Shown: positions 44,498 to 52,498 of the stretch, piece after piece
Layout: each line of letters starts with the position of its first letter
Numbering within the stretch: the stretch's first letter is position 1
DNA from: Acutalibacteraceae bacterium
GTDB lineage: Bacteria; Bacillota; Clostridia; Oscillospirales; Acutalibacteraceae
Direction: 5' to 3'
Assembly: GCA_045631405.1 (NCBI GenBank)
Contig: JAZQUT010000090.1
Location: forward strand, 5,896 to 69,895
Length of the DNA: 64,000 nucleotides
Position numbers and translations under genes: made by a program
The notes under the pieces: generated by a model
The model's input: the letters and a program-made list of their open reading frames with translations, nothing else
Databases searched by the model: none
What the model was told of the DNA's origin: nothing

Positions 44498-46557
44498 ATC
44501 TGATTACAATTATCTGTGTTTTCTTCCCCTTTATTGCAGCAATAGCGACCTATTTTATAGGCAAACAGAATGATTTAATCCGTAATGCTCTCACTATTGT
44601 CTCTTGCCTTGCCGTTTTAGGCGTTATGGCATACGGAGTATTTGGTGGAATTGAAAACGAAGCTACCTACGCTCTTCTTTCAATGAAATTCTCTTTCAGT
44701 GGATTTCAGGGCACCTATGGCTTAATAACTGCATTCATGTGGTTCTGCGCAGCCTTACTTTCTCCACAATACTTCAAGGGTCATCATAATTTACCGAGAT
44801 ATTATTTGTTCTTCCTGTTTACTCTTGGTGCTACAATGGGTGTCTTCCTTTCAGCAGACCTTATTACTACCTTTATTTTCTTTGAAATAATGTCCTTTAC
44901 CTCTTACACATGGGTTGTGCAGGATAAAAACAAGGATGCCATTGCTGCAGGTAAAACCTATCTTACAGTTGCAGTTATCGGCGGTATGGTTTGCCTGATG
45001 GGCCTTTTCCTTCTTCATAGTATTACAGGTACCCTTGTTATAAACGAACTTTATTCAGCCCTTAAAGGCGCACAAAAGACCACAGAGCTTTATATAGCTG
45101 CCTTCTGTATGCTTGTTGGCTTTGGCGCAAAGGCAGGTCTTTTCCCTCTTCACATCTGGTTACCAAAGGCTCATCCTGTTGCGCCTGCACCTGCAAGTGC
45201 TTTGCTTTCAGGTGTGCTTACAAAAACAGGCGTTTTCGGAATGTTGATTATAACAAGCCGTATTATGATTGAGGATGAAATATGGGGCTATACCCTTCTT
45301 ATTCTCGGAACAATAACAATGGTTCTTGGGGCAGTATTAGGTGTTCTTTCAACTAATTTAAAAAGAACTCTCGCCTGCTCATCGCTTTCCCAGATTGGCT
45401 TTATAACTGTTGGTGTTTCTATGATTTGCCTTTTAGGTGAACACAACGCCCTTGCAGCAAACGGAACAGTTCTTTATATGCTTAATCACTCAATTGTCAA
45501 GCTTGTTCTTTTCCTTGGTGCAGGTGCAATTTACTTAGGAGCACATACACTTGATATAAACAAGCTCAGAGGCTACGGCAGAAACAAGCCTTTGCTTGCA
45601 ACAACCTTTTTAATTGGTGGATGCAGTCTTGCAGGTATTCCAGGCTTTTGTGGCTATCTTTCAAAAACTCTTGTTCACGAAAGTATTGTTGAATACATTC
45701 CCCACGGCTTATTTTTAATTAATGTAGTTGAATGGTTATTCCTTTTCTCAGGTGGTCTTACTGTTGCTTATGTTTTAAAGCTTTTCGTAACCATCTTTAT
45801 AGAAAAGCCTACAGAAGATACACCAAAAGGAAATAAGCTTACAAAGCTTTCTTCTCTGGCACTTGTTCTCTCTGCAGTAGCACTTCCCATAATCGGCGTG
45901 CTTCCCCATAAGCTTGCAGAAAAAATCAGTCTTAATATGGTGCATTTCATATTCGGACATGATTTCGCACACCAGGTTCATTACTTTGCCTTTGTCAATC
46001 TTAAGGGCGTTATCATCTCATTAGCAATCGGTATTTCAGTTTATTTACTGGTAATACGCAAACTGCTTATGAAAACCGAAAATGGAAGAAAAGTTCATTA
46101 CAATCCCCTTGCAGATAAATTCTCTGTTGAGGAAAACATTTACAAACCTGCTTTCAGGCTCATTATAAGGCTTGTAGGGCTCGTTTGCTCAGGCTTTGAT
46201 AAAATCCCTGACTTGTTAATAAAAGGTGGTTTATTCGCTCTGGTGGTCATTTGTCGCGCATTCTGCGACATTACGGATATTATCATCCTCCTTCTCAGCA
46301 AAACAGTTTTCCGATTTGCGAAGGATCCCGTAGAGCCTATCAGACATCGTTACTCCTATGCACTCGGTAATTTCCTTGACAAGCATAGCAAAGACCCCGA
46401 AAATGCCCATCTTTCAGACACACTTGTTAGAGCTGCTGAAACTCTTCAAAAGACAACGGACAGAATCTCAAAGGGCTTCGACTTTGCTTTGTTTATGACC
46501 TGTCTTGGTGTATGTCTGATACTTTTATTCCTTTTCTTGTATAAATACTTTAATTAA
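44494..46557 (+). CDS. mrpA: Antiporter-like subunit, MrpA/NuoL type with a long C-terminal extension and terminal TM anchor, lacking the fused MrpB-like domain
   Basis: LFPLHIWLPKAHPVAPAPASALLSGVLTKTG. After ~480 aa comes a ~200-aa extension with amphipathic stretches, ending in a TM segment (LGVCLILLFLFLY). This is compatible with a NuoL-type lateral helix. Confidence 0.75.
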   Translation: MNLITIICVFFPFIAAIATYFIGKQNDLIRNALTIVSCLAVLGVMAYGVFGGIENEATYALLSMKFSFSGFQGTYGLITAFMWFCAALLSPQYFKGHHNLPRYYLFFLFTLGATMGVFLSADLITTFIFFEIMSFTSYTWVVQDKNKDAIAAGKTYLTVAVIGGMVCLMGLFLLHSITGTLVINELYSALKGAQKTTELYIAAFCMLVGFGAKAGLFPLHIWLPKAHPVAPAPASALLSGVLTKTGVFGMLIITSRIMIEDEIWGYTLLILGTITMVLGAVLGVLSTNLKRTLACSSLSQIGFITVGVSMICLLGEHNALAANGTVLYMLNHSIVKLVLFLGAGAIYLGAHTLDINKLRGYGRNKPLLATTFLIGGCSLAGIPGFCGYLSKTLVHESIVEYIPHGLFLINVVEWLFLFSGGLTVAYVLKLFVTIFIEKPTEDTPKGNKLTKLSSLALVLSAVALPIIGVLPHKLAEKISLNMVHFIFGHDFAHQVHYFAFVNLKGVIISLAIGISVYLLVIRKLLMKTENGRKVHYNPLADKFSVEENIYKPAFRLIIRLVGLVCSGFDKIPDLLIKGGLFALVVICRAFCDITDIIILLLSKTVFRFAKDPVEPIRHRYSYALGNFLDKHSKDPENAHLSDTLVRAAETLQKTTDRISKGFDFALFMTCLGVCLILLFLFLYKYFN

Positions 46558-46560
46558 TAC

Positions 46561-46598
46561 AAAAAAACACCGACTTACTAATCGTAAGTCGGTGTTTT
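46561..46598. terminator. Bidirectional stem-loop terminator
   Basis: ACACCGACTTAC (46567-46578) pairs with GTAAGTCGGTGT (46584-46595). An A-run lies before the hairpin and a T-run after it. Confidence 0.75.
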
Positions 46599-46601
46599 AA
46601 A

Positions 46602-47069
46602 TTATTTACTAAAATCCTGAAGAGCTTTTCCTGACATACGGTAAATTGTCCAATCCTCCAAGGGCTCTGCTCCGAGAGAAAGATATAAATCAATGCTTGG
46701 CTTATTCCAATCAAGGCATACCCACTCAAATCTTCCACAATCTCTTTCCACTGCAATTCGTGCAAGCTTCTTAAGCAAGCCCTTTCCATAGCCTCTGCCT
46801 CTATATTCGGGCTTAACAAAAAGGTCCTCAAGATAAAGGCCTGATTTCCCAAGGAAGGTTGAAAAATTATGGAAAAAAAGAGCAAAGCCTACCTCTTTTT
46901 CATCCTCTAAAGCAAAAATTACCTCGGCTTTTTTCTCTTCGAAAATCCATTTACGAAGAAGGTCAGCATCTGCCACAACCTCATCTGACATTTTCTCGTA
47001 TTCGGCAAGCTCCTTGATAAATTCTAATATTTTATCGACATCATTTACCGTTGCAAATCTGAAATTCAT
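46602..47069 (-). CDS. GNAT family N-acetyltransferase
   Basis: VKPEYRGRGYGKGLLKKLARIA (the Q/RxxGxG/A acetyl-CoA motif). The protein is 155 aa. Confidence 0.8.
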   Translation of the reverse strand: MNFRFATVNDVDKILEFIKELAEYEKMSDEVVADADLLRKWIFEEKKAEVIFALEDEKEVGFALFFHNFSTFLGKSGLYLEDLFVKPEYRGRGYGKGLLKKLARIAVERDCGRFEWVCLDWNKPSIDLYLSLGAEPLEDWTIYRMSGKALQDFSK

Positions 47070-47084
47070 AATATTATCTACCTT

Positions 47085-48164
47085 TTATTTTTTCTCAGTC
47101 TCATAGTCAAAGGTATAGTCCCCGAAGCCTGATGAATAAAGCTGCTCACCATCGGGCATTACCCACATAGCCTCAATATTTTCTGTTTTATCAACGAGAG
47201 CCTTGCCCTCCTCATAGCTCATAAGGAAAAGTGCAGTTGAGAATGCATCGCCTAAGCCTGAATCATTGGTTATAACAGAAACTGATTTAAAATTAACTCC
47301 GGGCATTAATGTTTTGGGGTCAATTATATGGTGATAGTTTTCGCCATTAACAACATAATATCGCTGATAAGAGCCACTTGTTACAATAGACTCTCCTGCA
47401 ATTTTGATATATTCGATATAGGGCTTCTCTTCATTTTCCGTATCAGGATTTTCAATACCTGCCTTCCAAGGCTCGCCATCACCTGAAGAGCCTACTGTAC
47501 GAATATTTCCACCTACATTAAGAAGAAATCCTTCAATACCCTTTTCCTCTAAATAGTCACCGATTTTTTCAACTGCATAGCCCTTTGCAATAGCACCCAC
47601 ATCAAGCTTCATAAGAGGGTCTGCAAGATAAACTGTGTTTTTCTCTTCGTCGATTATCAAATCATTTATATCTGTATGCTTGTTGGCTTCCTCCAATTTA
47701 TCCATAGGTGGTAGCTGAGCAATTGATGGATCGCTGATGCCCTCATTTCTGTAAATATGCCAGATAGACAAAACGCTACCCATGGCAATATTTACCATAC
47801 CATCTGTTTTCTCATACATTTCCTTTGCAAAAAGAAGCATATCGATGATTTTCTCATCAACCTCAACCACCTGATGCTTTCCATCTGTCACATCATTTAT
47901 GGTCACAAGATTGGTGAAATTTTCAAAACGGTTATAAATAGTGAAAAGTCTGTGGTATTCATTTAAAAGCGCTGTTATTTCTTCGCATATTGCATCAAAC
48001 TCTTCTTTTGTTTCTGTATAACCAATTATTGTTGTAGCTGTATCAAAGTAATCAAAGTAATATGCAGAATATTTTGTCTTTTCAGAAGCTTTGCAAGAGG
48101 CAAAGGAAAGCGCTTGCAAAACCACCAAAGCTATTACTAAAATCAGAGAAACTGTCTTTTTCAT
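47085..48164 (-). CDS. apbE: FAD:protein FMN transferase (ApbE family lipoprotein)
   Basis: Signal/lipobox ...LSFASC, and LDVGAIAKGYAVEKI is typical of ApbE. I prefer the ATG at 48164 (MKKTVSL...). Confidence 0.85.
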   Translation of the reverse strand: MKKTVSLILVIALVVLQALSFASCKASEKTKYSAYYFDYFDTATTIIGYTETKEEFDAICEEITALLNEYHRLFTIYNRFENFTNLVTINDVTDGKHQVVEVDEKIIDMLLFAKEMYEKTDGMVNIAMGSVLSIWHIYRNEGISDPSIAQLPPMDKLEEANKHTDINDLIIDEEKNTVYLADPLMKLDVGAIAKGYAVEKIGDYLEEKGIEGFLLNVGGNIRTVGSSGDGEPWKAGIENPDTENEEKPYIEYIKIAGESIVTSGSYQRYYVVNGENYHHIIDPKTLMPGVNFKSVSVITNDSGLGDAFSTALFLMSYEEGKALVDKTENIEAMWVMPDGEQLYSSGFGDYTFDYETEKK

Positions 48165-48244
48165 TTTTTCACCACCATTTACCACTCAATATTAGTAAAA
48201 AAGGGATGTTGCGAGAGCAACATCCCCCTGTAATCACTTAATGA

Positions 48245-49312
48245 TTAAGCAACCTTAGCAGCAGCTGAAGCAGCTTTGATCATATCACCGATAGCCATTG
48301 TGCAGCCTGCAGTTGCAAGGTCGCCTGTAGCGTAACCATCTTCACCTGCAAGAGCAGCGAAATCAGCAGCAGTTTTGCCTACAAGAGCTGCATCGAAAGC
48401 AGCTGCCTGAGCATCCCACTCTTTAACTTCGCCTTCAGAGCCATCGTGCTTTGTGCCGTATGCAGCCATACCATAGTCTGCACCGAGCTCAAGCTTTGTC
48501 TTGATAGCAGCTGTTGTATCAGCTGTTACAGCGCCCTTAGCGTCAAATGTCAACTTACCCTGTGTGCAGTCTGTCTTAGCAACAACAACCTTGCCTTCAG
48601 CGTCAACAACAGTAGCTACTACTGTAGAGTCGATCTGATCAAGACCTTCTGCATCTTCAGAAGCATCCTTGTTTGAGTAAGATGCTGAAGAAACGATAGC
48701 GATGCTGAGCTTGTCGTCAGCTGTTGCTTCAGATTCAGCTGCATTAGCAACTGCTTTTTCAAGAGCGTTGATGAATTCAGCAACGTTGATTGTGCAGCCT
48801 GCTGTTGCAAGATCACCTATTGCATACATATCTTCGCCTGCAAGAGCCTTTACTTCTTCGAATGTTTTGCCGATTGCTTTTTCCATGAATACGTCAGCCT
48901 GTTTGTCCCATTCAAGAACTTCACCTTCTGAACCATCATGCTTTGTACCATATGCTGCCATACCGTAGTCGGTACCTTTTTCATACTTTGTTCTGAAGTC
49001 CTCAGTAGCAACGATTTTGCCTTCTGAAGTCCAAGCAGTTTTGATCTGTGCTGTGTCAAGGTCGATAGCAACGATCTTGTTGTCAGCGTCAAGAAGAACA
49101 GCAACACCAGTTGTGTTGAATTCGCCTGCGCCGTTTGTGTCGCCGTCTGCATCCTTTGCATTAGCGAGATTTGCAACTACACCCATACCAAACTTTAATG
49201 TGGTAGCTGTATCCTTGCCTGCGTCTGCATCTGTATTATTGCCACAGCCAACCATAGCGATAACTGAGAAAGCTAAAACAATAACAAGTGCAATACTAAT
49301 AAATTTTTTCAT
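48245..49312 (-). CDS. Lipoprotein made of two tandem FMN_bind-like modules with a non-canonical GDLATAGCT motif
   Basis: Lipobox AMVGC (C23). Residues ~39-190 and ~200-355 are paralogous. An identical 18-mer DYGMAAYGTKHDGSEGEV occurs at 115-132 and 279-296. GDLATAGCT occurs at 166-174 (nt 48791-48817) and 330-338 (nt 48299-48325). Confidence 0.6.
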   Translation of the reverse strand: MKKFISIALVIVLAFSVIAMVGCGNNTDADAGKDTATTLKFGMGVVANLANAKDADGDTNGAGEFNTTGVAVLLDADNKIVAIDLDTAQIKTAWTSEGKIVATEDFRTKYEKGTDYGMAAYGTKHDGSEGEVLEWDKQADVFMEKAIGKTFEEVKALAGEDMYAIGDLATAGCTINVAEFINALEKAVANAAESEATADDKLSIAIVSSASYSNKDASEDAEGLDQIDSTVVATVVDAEGKVVVAKTDCTQGKLTFDAKGAVTADTTAAIKTKLELGADYGMAAYGTKHDGSEGEVKEWDAQAAAFDAALVGKTAADFAALAGEDGYATGDLATAGCTMAIGDMIKAASAAAKVA

Positions 49313-49415
49313 GTCTAATTTCTCCTTTTAGAGTTTTAGGCATATTGCCGTGAACATTATGTCAAATTTTTCACATTTTGTCAATGCTTTTATAGAATTA
49401 ACAAAAAAATTTAAA

Positions 49416-49919
49416 TTATATCTTATATTTTTCTAATCTTTTTAAAAGCAACGCCCCTGCAAGACCGATAAACACTCCTGCTATTGTACCCGTAACAGCA
49501 AGAACTGCCATATAATAGCCAATCTGGACCGTATCAAAAAGCACTATTGCCACGAGAATCTGTCCCAGATTATGAGCAACGCCACCAACAATGCTTGTTC
49601 CTACCACAGAAAGCTTATCACTCTTTTTGCAAAGAGCCATCAGCAAAAGGCTTAATGCCGCACCTGCAAAGCTATATGCAAGAGTCATAACATTACCGAA
49701 AAGAAGAGCAACAATAAACAATCTGATTACAGAAACTATTGCAGCCTCTTTAACACCAAAGCGATATAGCAGGAAAATTATAACCATATTGGGGAATCCC
49801 ATTTTTATACCGGGAATGGCAGCCCATATAGGAGGTAAAATCGCCTCTATATACGAAAGCACCAATGCAACCGAGGTCAGAACCCCGAGAAATGCAACTC
49901 TCTTCGTTTTATTCTTCAT
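49416..49919 (-). CDS. Gx transporter family membrane protein (Hpre_diP_synt_I-like)
   Basis: RVAFLGVLTSVALVLSYIEAILPP start, 5 TM segments. Its position next to a NusG-II protein and ApbE is, to my recollection, typical of this family. I prefer the ATG at 49919 (RBS GGAGAG). Confidence 0.65.
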   Translation of the reverse strand: MKNKTKRVAFLGVLTSVALVLSYIEAILPPIWAAIPGIKMGFPNMVIIFLLYRFGVKEAAIVSVIRLFIVALLFGNVMTLAYSFAGAALSLLLMALCKKSDKLSVVGTSIVGGVAHNLGQILVAIVLFDTVQIGYYMAVLAVTGTIAGVFIGLAGALLLKRLEKYKI

Positions 49920-49940
49920 ATTGCTCTCCAACAAATAAAA

Positions 49941-50354
49941 TTAAATTGCCACGTCCAAGTCCATATCAGTATTATCACCGACAATTTCAATCACAACCTT
50001 ATGAGGCAGACAGACAATTGTTCTGCCTACATGAGAAATAGGTCTGTAATCCTCACAGATACCATCAGGGCAATTTGCATCAGCTACACTGACCTTACCG
50101 TCTTCAATAACAACTATATTATAGTCTTCGTCATTTTCGCCGGTTTTAATTTCGAATTCAATATTTTCCTCAAGAGAATATCTCTGAGTTTCAACGCCAT
50201 CAATTTTAACAACGACGCTATTCCCCTCCACCTTTGTTAAATTCATTAACAAAAGTACTGCCACCGCTATTATTAAAATAACGGCGGCAAGAATACCATC
50301 ATTGCGAAATTTTCTTTTCTTCTGAGAAGAAACTTCATTTTCGCGTATTTTCAT
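49941..50354 (-). CDS. NusG domain II-containing membrane-anchored protein
   Basis: TM anchor followed by VVVKIDGVETQRYSLEE...VIEDGKVSVADANCPDGICEDYRPISHVGRTIVCLPHKVVIEI, the pattern of this family. Confidence 0.65.
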   Translation of the reverse strand: MKIRENEVSSQKKRKFRNDGILAAVILIIAVAVLLLMNLTKVEGNSVVVKIDGVETQRYSLEENIEFEIKTGENDEDYNIVVIEDGKVSVADANCPDGICEDYRPISHVGRTIVCLPHKVVIEIVGDNTDMDLDVAI

Positions 50355-50357
50355 AAA

Positions 50358-51173
50358 TTACTCAATCGTTCCTTCGTAAAAATCTACTGCTTTTATACAA
50401 TTAGTTACGCAAGTATTGAAGCATTCTCTACAACCAGAGCATTTATCATAATCAATTCTTGCAAGGTTATTCTCAACCTTAATTGCATTATATTCACAAG
50501 CTCTTTCGCACTTTTTGCAGCCGAAGCAAACGTGTTTACATTTCTTTCTTGCAACTGCGCCTTTTTCAGGGTTGTTACACATAACAACAACCTTTGACTT
50601 TTTAGGAATAATGTCAATAACATTATTGGGACAAGCCTTAGCACACTTACCGCAAGCGATACATTTGTCGGGATTGATGTGAGCAAGAGAATCGTGGATG
50701 CAAATTGCATCTACGGGACAAGCTGCTGCACAGTCGCCACAACCGATACAACCAAATTTACATGATGAAGGACCACCGTAAACATATTTAGCTGCCTTAC
50801 AGCTGTCAATACCATCATAAATTACATCATAATCAACAGCGTTGCAATCACCATTACAGAATACGAATGCAACCTTTTCCTCTGTTGCAGAAACCTCAAC
50901 GCCCAAGATATCAGCGAGCTGAGAAACAACATCTGCACCACCGGGAATACAAAGATTTGCTTCTGCTTTGCCTTTCGCAACTGCCTCTGCATAGCTGTCA
51001 CAGCCTGCATAACCGCAAGCGCCACAGTTTGCACCAGGAAGACAAGCACGGATATTTACAACCTTTTCGTCCTCTTCAACCTTAAAAAAGTGAGAAGCTA
51101 AAACAAGAAGAATACCTGCTACTATACCAACAACTGCCACTACAAGAAGGGCTGTTAAAATAGCTGTTACCAT
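50358..51173 (-). CDS. rnfB: Rnf complex subunit B (polyferredoxin)
   Basis: N-terminal TM segment, CGACGYAGC, then several CxxCxxCxxxCP ferredoxin motifs. Confidence 0.9.
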   Translation of the reverse strand: MVTAILTALLVVAVVGIVAGILLVLASHFFKVEEDEKVVNIRACLPGANCGACGYAGCDSYAEAVAKGKAEANLCIPGGADVVSQLADILGVEVSATEEKVAFVFCNGDCNAVDYDVIYDGIDSCKAAKYVYGGPSSCKFGCIGCGDCAAACPVDAICIHDSLAHINPDKCIACGKCAKACPNNVIDIIPKKSKVVVMCNNPEKGAVARKKCKHVCFGCKKCERACEYNAIKVENNLARIDYDKCSGCRECFNTCVTNCIKAVDFYEGTIE

Positions 51174-51188
51174 TTTTTAAAATCCTCC

Positions 51189-51803
51189 TTAAGCAAACAA
51201 ATTGTCTACAACTCCGGCAAAGCCGAAGAATGCCAATGAAATGAATGATGCTGCAATAAGTGTTACGGGAAGACCCTTAAAGCTTTCAGGAATATTGCTT
51301 TCATCAATACGAGAACGCATACCTGAGAAGAGAACCATAGCCAACAAGAAGCCAAGTCCACATCCCAATGAGCTTACCATTGATGTAAGGAAGCCGTTAG
51401 ATTCCAATGCACCGTAATCAATAATATTATTGATTGTAACACCTAATACTGCACAGTTTGTTGTGATAAGAGGAAGATAAACGCCCAAACTCTTATGAAG
51501 AGAGGGAATGAATTTCTTCAACACAATTTCAATAAACTGAACCAATGCAGCAATAACAAGAATAAATACGATTGTCTGAGTGTATTCAAGTCCGAGAGCC
51601 TCGAGAACATATTTCTGAATAGGCCATGTTACTGCAGAAGCAACAAGCATAACGAAGATAACGGAAATACCCATACCAACTGCCTGATTAAGCTTCTTTG
51701 AAACACCGAGGAAGGGACAAATACCAAGGAACTTGTTAAGAACATAGTTGTTAACAAGAACTGAGGACATCAAAATAACTACTAAACCTTTAAAAGTATC
51801 CAT
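51189..51803 (-). CDS. rnfA: Rnf complex subunit A
   Basis: VNNYVLNKFLGICPFLGVS signature. 204 aa, 6 TM segments. Confidence 0.9.
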   Translation of the reverse strand: MDTFKGLVVILMSSVLVNNYVLNKFLGICPFLGVSKKLNQAVGMGISVIFVMLVASAVTWPIQKYVLEALGLEYTQTIVFILVIAALVQFIEIVLKKFIPSLHKSLGVYLPLITTNCAVLGVTINNIIDYGALESNGFLTSMVSSLGCGLGFLLAMVLFSGMRSRIDESNIPESFKGLPVTLIAASFISLAFFGFAGVVDNLFA

Positions 51804-52496
51804 TTATTTGTCCTCCTTTTCTTCTTTTTCTGCACAGCCACCGTTGCAAACACCTGCTGAGGGACAGCCTGCACAAGAAAATTCTTTTTTCTTAATTACT
51901 TTACCCTTTGTGATTTTATTTACAAGAGCAATCATTACACCGTAAACCACCAAACCACCGGGAGCCTTTGCGAAGAACTCAATTGTATGAGTGCTGATAA
52001 AGGGAATTTCAATTCCTGCAAATGTACCTGCACCTAAAACCTCTCTGATTGTTGCAATAGCAACGATAGCGAGTGTAAAGCCAATACCCATACCGATACC
52101 GTCAAGAGCAGATTTTCCTACACTGTTTTTGCTTGCAAACATTTCTGCTCTGCCAAGAATGATACAGTTAACAGTAATAAGAGCAAGGTAAACACCGAGA
52201 AGCTCATACATTTCGGGAAGGAATGCGTGCATAAACATCTGAACCATTGTAACAAAGCCTGCAATAACAACGATATAGCAAGGAATTCTTACAGTATCAG
52301 GAATGAATTTACGAAGTAAGGAAATTACTATATTAGAGCATATAAGAACTGCCATTGTAGCAAGACCCATACCAATCGCACCAACCACAGTTGTGGTTGT
52401 TGCGAGGGTAGGACAAGTACCGAGAATAAGAACGAATACAGGGTTCTCACGGAGCAAGCCCTTTAATAAAACTGACATATTACTATCTTTTTTCAT
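51804..52496 (-). CDS. rnfE: Rnf complex subunit E (with extra Cys-rich C-terminal tail)
   Basis: ENPVFVLILGTCPTLATT signature. The tail is KKKEFSCAGCPSAGVCNGGCAEKEEKEDK. Confidence 0.88.
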   Translation of the reverse strand: MKKDSNMSVLLKGLLRENPVFVLILGTCPTLATTTTVVGAIGMGLATMAVLICSNIVISLLRKFIPDTVRIPCYIVVIAGFVTMVQMFMHAFLPEMYELLGVYLALITVNCIILGRAEMFASKNSVGKSALDGIGMGIGFTLAIVAIATIREVLGAGTFAGIEIPFISTHTIEFFAKAPGGLVVYGVMIALVNKITKGKVIKKKEFSCAGCPSAGVCNGGCAEKEEKEDK

Positions 52497-52498
52497 AA

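Noticed and set aside
48245-49312. DNA-level tandem repeat or CRISPR-like periodicity in the lipoprotein gene.
   Set aside because: The repetition is a protein-level domain duplication. The two DNA copies have diverged at synonymous sites, and there is no spacer-repeat structure.
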